A program made the translations under genes and the position numbers. The notes beneath the pieces are model-generated. The model searched no databases and was not told the origin of the DNA. It saw only the letters and a program-made list of their open reading frames with translations. Shown here in pieces: positions 25,685 through 32,230 of a DNA stretch of 32,230 nt. Position 1 is the stretch's first letter. Every line of letters starts with the position of its first letter. The DNA is from Akkermansiaceae bacterium (GTDB taxonomy: Bacteria; Verrucomicrobiota; Verrucomicrobiia; Verrucomicrobiales; Akkermansiaceae), in the NCBI GenBank assembly GCA_018676385.1, contig JABHEX010000319.1, positions 1 to 32,230 of the forward strand, written 5' to 3'.

Positions 25685-27115
25685 ATGCTGAAACTATTAA
25701 TTAAAAAATCCCTATTCATACTCCTCTGCCTGACGTTGCCTGCGGTAGCGGATGTGAAGATCGAAAAGGGAGAGAAAAAACTCCCGCTTAAGGGCGAGTC
25801 CTTCAAGTTGAACGGTCGTGATGCTTTTGTGATTGTTCCGGAAAAGGCCAAGGCAAACACTCCATGGGTTTGGTATGCGCCAACGCTTCGGGGTTTGCCA
25901 TCCAAAGCGGAGGTCTGGATGTTCGAAAAGTTCCTCGCCAAGGGGATTGCCATCGCCGGTATCGACGTTGGTGAGTCCTACGGTAGCCCGGATGGACGCA
26001 AGCTGTTTTCTGATCTCTATCAGCACCTAACAACAACGCGAAAGTTTGCCAAGAAACCCTGCCTGCTCGCACGCAGTCGCGGCGGGCTGATGCTCTATTG
26101 CTGGGCGGCGGAAAATGTCGATAAAGTAAGTGGCATCGCTGCACTTTATCCCGTCTGTAATCTGGAAAGCTACCCAGGACTCGAAAAAGCCGCCGGTGCC
26201 TATAAAATGACTGCTGCAGAACTTCGTGATGCTCTGCCTGATCACAACCCGATCGACCGCATCAAGTCACTCGCCGAGGCCGGTGTGCCTATCCTACATT
26301 TTCAGGGAGATAACGATAAGGTGGTGCCCCATGATGAAAACACAAAGATTCTTGTCCAACGATACAAAAAATTTGGGGGCCCCGCTGAAGTGGTTCTCAT
26401 CAAAGGGCAGGGGCACAACATGTGGAAAGGCTGGTTCGAGTCGCAAAAACTAACCGACTTCGCCATCGCGCGTGCGCTAGGTGAGAAACTTGCCCCGCTG
26501 GAAAAACTCAGAATGCTGGGAATTAACATTAACCGCGAAAAACGCTGCGTTGATTTGGATGCCAGAGTCTGCCTCAAGGAGGGGGCGTTGGAGCTCGTTG
26601 TCTGCACCTCTGGCACTAAAGAACACGAAGCTATTTTTGTCGTCGAAGCCCGTCCCGTGCTTATCCATGCCGCCCTCTTACTCGTTGGTGCTAATCCAGG
26701 TAACCCGGCAGGACGCCGGAAGTTAGAACAAGGTGGTTGGATCGATGTGCCACCCAGAGGTGGAGAAGTAGATGTCTCCGTGGTATTCAAGGATGCCGAT
26801 GGTAAGGAAAAGGAAAGCCCGCTTCAGAATTTCATGGTGTCCACAGCTGACCCAAATAAAAAATTTCCTACCAGCACATTTCTTTTCGCCGGCTCCCGAC
26901 TCATCCCTCAGGAAAAAGGTCCAAACATCTACCTCTGCGAGCAAAGCGGCAACGTCATTTCACTTTCCACCTTCGGCGATGAATTGCTTTGTCTTCCAGA
27001 ACGCCATGGTCATGAGAACGGTGCTCTGCTCTGGGAAGTCGTTGGTGAGAATCTTCCTAAGTTAGGAAGCAAGGTCAGCCTGCGCCTCCGTCCTAAGTTT
27101 GCAAAAGCAAAGTAA
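25685..27115 (+). CDS. secreted alpha/beta hydrolase fused to a YdjY-like domain
   Basis: PWVWYAP, ARSRGG nucleophile, GDNDKVVP, GQGH; C-terminal VCLKEGALELVVC..GTKEHEA, FLFAGS, SGNVISLSTFGDELL. Confidence 0.78.
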   Translation: MLKLLIKKSLFILLCLTLPAVADVKIEKGEKKLPLKGESFKLNGRDAFVIVPEKAKANTPWVWYAPTLRGLPSKAEVWMFEKFLAKGIAIAGIDVGESYGSPDGRKLFSDLYQHLTTTRKFAKKPCLLARSRGGLMLYCWAAENVDKVSGIAALYPVCNLESYPGLEKAAGAYKMTAAELRDALPDHNPIDRIKSLAEAGVPILHFQGDNDKVVPHDENTKILVQRYKKFGGPAEVVLIKGQGHNMWKGWFESQKLTDFAIARALGEKLAPLEKLRMLGININREKRCVDLDARVCLKEGALELVVCTSGTKEHEAIFVVEARPVLIHAALLLVGANPGNPAGRRKLEQGGWIDVPPRGGEVDVSVVFKDADGKEKESPLQNFMVSTADPNKKFPTSTFLFAGSRLIPQEKGPNIYLCEQSGNVISLSTFGDELLCLPERHGHENGALLWEVVGENLPKLGSKVSLRLRPKFAKAK

Positions 27116-27126
27116 ATCAGCCCGTC

Positions 27127-28293
27127 TCACCCCTCCTTCCTCTCCCTATAATCCGTCGGGCTACAACCGTGCGCACGCCGGAAAAAACGTGCCAGCTCCT
27201 CGGTGGAGGAAAATGCCATTTCATAACAAATCTCCTTGATGCTCAGTCTTGTGTCGAGCAACAGGAATTCCAGTCTCTCGATCCTGATCCGCTTGATCAT
27301 CTCCTTGACGGTCATGCCCGTCTGGTTCCGGAACTCCTGCCGGAACGTCGACAGGCTACCAGTGGTGCAGTTGCTTTCCACCTCTCCCGCTTGGAGTGCA
27401 CTATGGGGTGCCTCCTTCCTGATTAAAAGAACCGCCTTTTGCACAGGCCCCGTGAACGACAGCACCACCCCGGTGGACTCACGCTCACGGATTTCACTTC
27501 CCGGGACGATGACGTGCCGGGGCACCTGTGGCATGCCACGGAGCATCTTGTCCAGAGTGGCCGCAGCCTCGTAACCGACCCTCTCACTCGGGTAATCAAT
27601 CGTCGACAAGGGAGGGGAGCACGTCAGTGCGAGAATGTCGCTGTAGCCTGCGCCAAGCACGCAAAATTCCTCGGGTATTCCCCATTCGGCCTTCTCGGCG
27701 AGAGTCAGGACGTTGGCAGCCACTCTGTCTTTGGCAAAAATCCCACAAGGCCTAGGCAGATGCTCTAACAGAGGGTTGAGGATCTCAGCGATTCGTGCCC
27801 TATGTTCCACTGGGAAAATAAGATCCTCTGCAAGCTGGTGGAGCTGCACCCGGCCGCCTGCCTTGGCAAACTCAGTGACCAGACCACGCTGCCAACACCT
27901 CGAATAACTCATTCCCAAATCCCCAATATAAGCAACATCCTTCAGCCCGAGTCCGGTAAAATACCGGCCTGCCCGACGCCCAATTTCCACACTGTCCGCC
28001 ACCACTCTAGGTACTCCCTTCTGCGCGTTCTCTGTGCTGAGTACCACCAGTGGCACATCTCTACGCTTGAATACCCCGGCCTCGTCCTCGACCGGGCGGA
28101 ACAGGATAGCACCGTCGCACTCTTCCTCCTCCATCTCAATACCACTTGTTTTCATACCGAAGAACTCCCCCTCACAAATCAATCGCCACGGCCGCCAGTG
28201 CTCGCGCTGGTAGCGCAAGATACCCCGCAACACGGCTTCCGTAAACGTCGACCATTCCGGCAAGCGGACTCGTATCACCAGGCGCTCTTTCAT
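27127..28293 (-). CDS. XylR-type regulator (periplasmic-binding-like domain plus C-terminal AraC HTH)
   Basis: LPRPCGIFA, IPEEFCVLG, PPLSTID..GYEAAATLD, LLDTRLSIKEI..FFRRAHGCSPTDYR; alternative start GTG 28302. Confidence 0.88.
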   Translation of the reverse strand: MKERLVIRVRLPEWSTFTEAVLRGILRYQREHWRPWRLICEGEFFGMKTSGIEMEEEECDGAILFRPVEDEAGVFKRRDVPLVVLSTENAQKGVPRVVADSVEIGRRAGRYFTGLGLKDVAYIGDLGMSYSRCWQRGLVTEFAKAGGRVQLHQLAEDLIFPVEHRARIAEILNPLLEHLPRPCGIFAKDRVAANVLTLAEKAEWGIPEEFCVLGAGYSDILALTCSPPLSTIDYPSERVGYEAAATLDKMLRGMPQVPRHVIVPGSEIRERESTGVVLSFTGPVQKAVLLIRKEAPHSALQAGEVESNCTTGSLSTFRQEFRNQTGMTVKEMIKRIRIERLEFLLLDTRLSIKEICYEMAFSSTEELARFFRRAHGCSPTDYRERKEG

Positions 28294-28399
28294 TTCTGAC
28301 ACACTTTATTGACTAAAATAGAATATGAAAGTTCTTTTTTAATGTGGGCTGAGAGTTAGTTTCCAGTATCAACTATCAAGATAAACCAACAACAACAAC

Positions 28400-29038
28400 A
28401 TGAAAACAAAGATACCTCTCGCTGTGCTCACTGCCGCGCTCTCCGCTCTCGCCATGCCAGCCGCGTCAGCCGCATTGCTCCAGATCGACTTGGGCAGCTC
28501 AGGCGGATCAGCGACCGGCTGGGACGTGTTCACCACGAGCGTCACAGATGCATCCGTCACGGACGTGAACAGCGTCGACAACGACGTCACCTTGTCGATT
28601 GGCGCTATCGGTGGGCTCGGCAATGTCGCAGGTGTTGCCGGCGGCACCCCTATTGACGGTATAAACGTGGCTTCCGAGGCATGGGATGATTACATTTGGG
28701 GGCCTGGAAATGGTTCGGAAATTCTCTTCGAACTCAAGAACCTGGACGCAGGGGACTACAACGTCTCTGTTTTCATGGGCCGCAACAACACCCAGTTTGG
28801 ACGGATCTGGGCTGGCACGCTCGGTGATGATCCCGGCTCCGAGAATACCGGCGACTACGGCTTCGGAAGTTCGACGGTCGGCGTAACGGTCGGCGCTGGA
28901 GACAGCCTTTTCTACGTCCACCAGGAAGACAACACCGGCGGCACTAGCGGGTTGATCGTCAACCCCGTCCCCGAGCCCTCGTCAGTAGCCCTGCTGGGCC
29001 TTGGCGGACTCGCCCTCATCCTTCGTCGCCGCAAGTAG
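28400..29038 (+). CDS. PEP-CTERM surface protein
   Basis: Signal peptide; C-terminal VPEPSSVALLGLGGLALILRRRK; acidic Gly/Asp/Thr-rich body. Confidence 0.95.
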   Translation: MKTKIPLAVLTAALSALAMPAASAALLQIDLGSSGGSATGWDVFTTSVTDASVTDVNSVDNDVTLSIGAIGGLGNVAGVAGGTPIDGINVASEAWDDYIWGPGNGSEILFELKNLDAGDYNVSVFMGRNNTQFGRIWAGTLGDDPGSENTGDYGFGSSTVGVTVGAGDSLFYVHQEDNTGGTSGLIVNPVPEPSSVALLGLGGLALILRRRK

Positions 29039-29061
29039 ACGTGTTACCTTGATACATTCAA

Positions 29062-29106
29062 AAAATCTCTGGCGGACCTCGTTTCCGCCGGAGATTTTCC
29101 TTTTTT
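29062..29106 (+). terminator. intrinsic terminator/attenuating hairpin after the PEP-CTERM gene
   Basis: AAAATCTCTGGCGGA-CCTCGTT-TCCGCCGGAGATTTT-CCTTTTTT. Confidence 0.8.
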
Positions 29107-29164
29107 ACGATCGAGCCTGCTGGCAAGAAAGGGATCATTGAAGCGTATAATTCGAAGCCGAAAA

Positions 29165-31348
29165 ATGCATATCCTCTCAACTACATGTAAATTCGCCCTC
29201 GTGGCGGGCTTGCTCCTGCACGCGCAGGATGTATGGGCGGAACGTGCGCACCTCGAATTCAACCGCGATATCCGCCCGATTCTTTCCGACAAATGTTTTG
29301 CCTGTCACGGATTCGATGCCAAAACCCGGGAGGCTGATCTACGTCTGGACACGGCGGAGGGCGCATACGCACTGAGGGATGGTGTGCAGGCGATCAAACC
29401 CGGTTCCCTCGACCACAGTGAGGTTTGGAAACGCATCACCAGCACCGATGCTGAAGAATTGATGCCGCCGCCGGACAGCAACAAGCAGCTCACGGATCGC
29501 GAAAAGAATCTGCTCAAACGCTGGATCGAACAAGGAGCGGAGTACCAACCGCACTGGGCACTGGTGCCACCACGTAAGCACATACCGTCAGAAAGTGCTT
29601 TGACGATTGCCAAAGGTCAGCCAAACCCAATTGACCGATTTATCCAGACGCGACTGAAGGAGAATGGCCTAACACATTCCCAGGAGGCGGAGCGCGTGAC
29701 GCTTGCCCGCCGCGTCACGCTCGATCTAACAGGTGTTCCGCCGTCGCCGTCAGAGCTCGATGCTTTTTTAAACGACAAGGCACTTGGTGCATACCAGCGG
29801 CTGGTCGACCGCTTGATGTCGACGCGTGACTACGCCGAACGCCGTGCCCAGGATTGGCTCGATCTGGCGCGCTATGCCGATACGCGTGGGTTTGCCGATG
29901 ACAAGATGCGTGCGATCTGGCCGTACCGGGACTGGGTGGTGCGTGCGCTGCATCGGAACATGCGCTTTGACCAGTTCACCATCGAGCAGCTCGCCGGTGA
30001 CATGCTGCCGAACGCGACTGCCGAGCAGCGGCTAGCAACCGGATTTCACCGCAATGCACCGCAGGCCAAAGGCATGACTTATCCTGTGGAGGAATACCGG
30101 CTCAAGGGAGTGACCGATCGGGTCAATACTACCGGCAAGGTATGGCTTGGCCTAACCATGGAGTGCGCCGAGTGCCACGATCATAAGTTTGATCCGATCA
30201 GCCAGCGCGACTACTTCTCGCTGTTTGCCATTTTCAATAACACGAAGCACCAAGGGAAAGGCTTCAAGCAGGGTGGACCGACGATGAAGTATGTACCAGC
30301 TCAGGGAGGTCAGGGCAAGGGGAAGGAGGTCTCGGTGCCGGTGATGGAGGAGCTTGCCCAAGCACGGGAAACATTTATCCACCTGCGCGGAAATTTTCTC
30401 AGTCGCGGCGACCAAGTTTCGCCAGGGGCGCCGGAAGTCTTGGTGGCTGACGGGAATGCTCAGCCGAAGAACAGGCTCGAGTTCGCACGCTGGCTGGTCA
30501 ATGGCAAGAACCCACTGGTCGCGCGGGTGGTGGTCAACCGCTTCTGGCAAAGTTACTTTGGAAACGGCCTGGTGCGCACGCCAGATGACTTTGGCTCGCA
30601 GGGCGAGCTACCCACCCATCCCGAACTGCTCGACTGGTTGGCATCCGAGTTCGTCAGCAGCGGCTGGGACATGAAACACATCAACCGCCTGATCGTCACA
30701 TCCGCCACCTACCGGCAGTCGACCCGCATCACGCCGCAGCATCAGAAAAAAGATCCGGGAAACCGACTACTCACCCGCATGCCGCGAGTTCGCTTGCCCG
30801 CCGAACAAATCCGCGACCAGGCGCTTGCTGTTAGTGGTCTGCTGAAGCCATACGCTGGTGGTTCCGCTGTATTCCCTCAGCAGCCTGACAACTATTGGGA
30901 AGACCGTGACCTGCCCGGGAAATGGAAGATGAGCAGCGGCGATGACCTTTTCCGCAAGAGCCTCTACATCTACTGGCGGCGCATGGCGCTGCACCCGACG
31001 ATGGAGCTGCTCGACGCTCCAGCCCGCGCCGTTTGCGTGGCAAAACGAAACTCGGCGAACCTGCCGACGCAGGCGCTTGTGACCCTGAATGCCCCTGTCT
31101 TTGTCGAGTCCGCCCGGCATTTAGCACAGAGGCTACTAACAGAGGCCGAAAGTCATGAGACCCGACTCGACCTTGCCTTCCGGCTTTGCCTAGGTCGGCT
31201 GCCCACATCCACCGAGAAAAAGCAATTCTTACAATTCATCAATACCCAGACCGCCCGCTACACAAAATCCGAGTCCATTGAGCTCGATGTCCTCACCAGT
31301 TTGGCCTCCGTGCTCTTGAACCTTGACGAAACCATCACCCGGCCATGA
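29165..31348 (+). CDS. Planctomycete cytochrome c DUF1549/DUF1553 protein
   Basis: FNRDIRPILSDKCFACHG; WLDLARYADT; CAECHDHKFDPI; PTHPELLDWLA; LLNLDETITR. Confidence 0.93.
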   Translation: MHILSTTCKFALVAGLLLHAQDVWAERAHLEFNRDIRPILSDKCFACHGFDAKTREADLRLDTAEGAYALRDGVQAIKPGSLDHSEVWKRITSTDAEELMPPPDSNKQLTDREKNLLKRWIEQGAEYQPHWALVPPRKHIPSESALTIAKGQPNPIDRFIQTRLKENGLTHSQEAERVTLARRVTLDLTGVPPSPSELDAFLNDKALGAYQRLVDRLMSTRDYAERRAQDWLDLARYADTRGFADDKMRAIWPYRDWVVRALHRNMRFDQFTIEQLAGDMLPNATAEQRLATGFHRNAPQAKGMTYPVEEYRLKGVTDRVNTTGKVWLGLTMECAECHDHKFDPISQRDYFSLFAIFNNTKHQGKGFKQGGPTMKYVPAQGGQGKGKEVSVPVMEELAQARETFIHLRGNFLSRGDQVSPGAPEVLVADGNAQPKNRLEFARWLVNGKNPLVARVVVNRFWQSYFGNGLVRTPDDFGSQGELPTHPELLDWLASEFVSSGWDMKHINRLIVTSATYRQSTRITPQHQKKDPGNRLLTRMPRVRLPAEQIRDQALAVSGLLKPYAGGSAVFPQQPDNYWEDRDLPGKWKMSSGDDLFRKSLYIYWRRMALHPTMELLDAPARAVCVAKRNSANLPTQALVTLNAPVFVESARHLAQRLLTEAESHETRLDLAFRLCLGRLPTSTEKKQFLQFINTQTARYTKSESIELDVLTSLASVLLNLDETITRP

Positions 31349-32230
31349 CCGACCACCAAACATCATCGGCGGACATGACACGCCGTTCGTTCCTAGGGCG
31401 TTCCGCCTGCGGCATCGGGTCGATTGCCCTTTCCTCGCTGCTCAACGGCAGACTGGCGGCAGGGCAAGGGAGTTTATCGAGCTGTCACCACACCCCGAAA
31501 GCCAAGCGTGTCATCTTCCTCTTCATGGCCGGTGGGCCGTCACACATTGATCTTTTTGACCCAAAACCGAAACTCAATGAGCTCGACGGCAAGACGATTC
31601 CGCAGGAACTGCTCAAGGATCATCAGCAGTTCGCCCTGATCCGCGGCACACCCAACCTGAAGGGGTCGCCCTACACATTCAAAAAACACGGACAGTCCGG
31701 CATCGTCATGTCCGAACTGCTGCCGCATCTCTCGAAGGTGGCTGACGAGCTGACGGTGATCCGCTCGATGCACACCGATACCAACGTGCATGACCCCGGG
31801 GTAAATTTTATGAATTGCGGAACCTTGTTAGCTGATCGACCCACCCTCGGTGCTTGGGCATCCTATGGGCTTGGCTCCGACAACGAGGACCTACCTGCCT
31901 ACACCGTGCTGACCTCTGGCGTTAGCGACGGCCAACCGCTATTACAGAGCTTCTGGGGTAACGGTTTTCTCGATTCCCGCCACGCCGGTGTGCCATTCCG
32001 CAACAGCGGCGCTCCCGTGCTCCATCTTGGAAATCCGAAGGGCGTAACCAACGAGGATCGCCGCCGCGAGCTTGATCTGATCCAGTGGATGAATCACCGC
32101 CAGCATCAGGCGATTGGTGATCCCGAGATTGCCGGACGCATCGCGTCCTACGAGCTTGCCTTTCGCATGCAGGCCAGCGTGCCCGAGCTCGCCGATCTGA
32201 GTAAGGAGTCGGATAAGACGATGGAGCTCT
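31345..32230 (+). CDS. DUF1501 Tat-exported protein, 3' end runs off the window
   Basis: Not in the ORF track; ATGA overlap with the upstream stop; translated by hand as MTRRSFL Tat motif, then PKAKRVIFLFMAGGPSHIDLFDPKP and YELAFRMQ. Confidence 0.92.
   Translation, partial: MTDHQTSSADMTRRSFLGRSACGIGSIALSSLLNGRLAAGQGSLSSCHHTPKAKRVIFLFMAGGPSHIDLFDPKPKLNELDGKTIPQELLKDHQQFALIRGTPNLKGSPYTFKKHGQSGIVMSELLPHLSKVADELTVIRSMHTDTNVHDPGVNFMNCGTLLADRPTLGAWASYGLGSDNEDLPAYTVLTSGVSDGQPLLQSFWGNGFLDSRHAGVPFRNSGAPVLHLGNPKGVTNEDRRRELDLIQWMNHRQHQAIGDPEIAGRIASYELAFRMQASVPELADLSKESDKTMEL

Noticed and set aside
27169-28299. Plus-strand ORFs up to 165 aa antisense to xylR, and similar shadow ORFs across the window
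   Set aside because: They lie opposite or out of frame to well-supported genes and show no protein motifs.
1-32230. CRISPR array, IS/transposase, integrase, prophage or rRNA
   Set aside because: No repeat-spacer periodicity or corresponding motifs were seen.

Overview
The window looks like a Verrucomicrobia/PVC chromosome segment. The evidence is a PEP-CTERM protein, Planctomycete-type cytochrome c DUF1592/DUF1552 and DUF1549-1553/DUF1501 pairs, and mostly SD-less starts. The left half (1-17.3 kb) is largely housekeeping: amidase, pssA, mlaD/mlaF, dus, an orphan m4C-type DNA methyltransferase, TetR, tsaE, truA, two aminotransferases, prmA, manC, ruvX, an MFS plus GH13 alpha-glucan pair, and trpC. 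After tRNA-Gly(GCC) the content turns accessory: a putative metal (zinc)-homeostasis operon, a SASA esterase, two PVC cytochrome-c/Tat-protein modules, a hydrolase-YdjY fusion, an XylR-type regulator and a PEP-CTERM protein. The best lead is a MerC-like gene interrupted by a single in-frame TGA (18202-18204) that is followed by a bacterial SECIS-like hairpin with loop AGGU. This is a candidate selenoprotein heading an operon with a 21-bp palindromic operator, a Cys/Trp-rich unknown protein and a COG0523 GTPase. Other leads are a recurring -35/N17/-10/N6/start leaderless architecture, which also points to an ATT start for dus, a structured aspC leader, and several inverted-repeat elements. All family calls come from motif recognition by eye; no searches were run.
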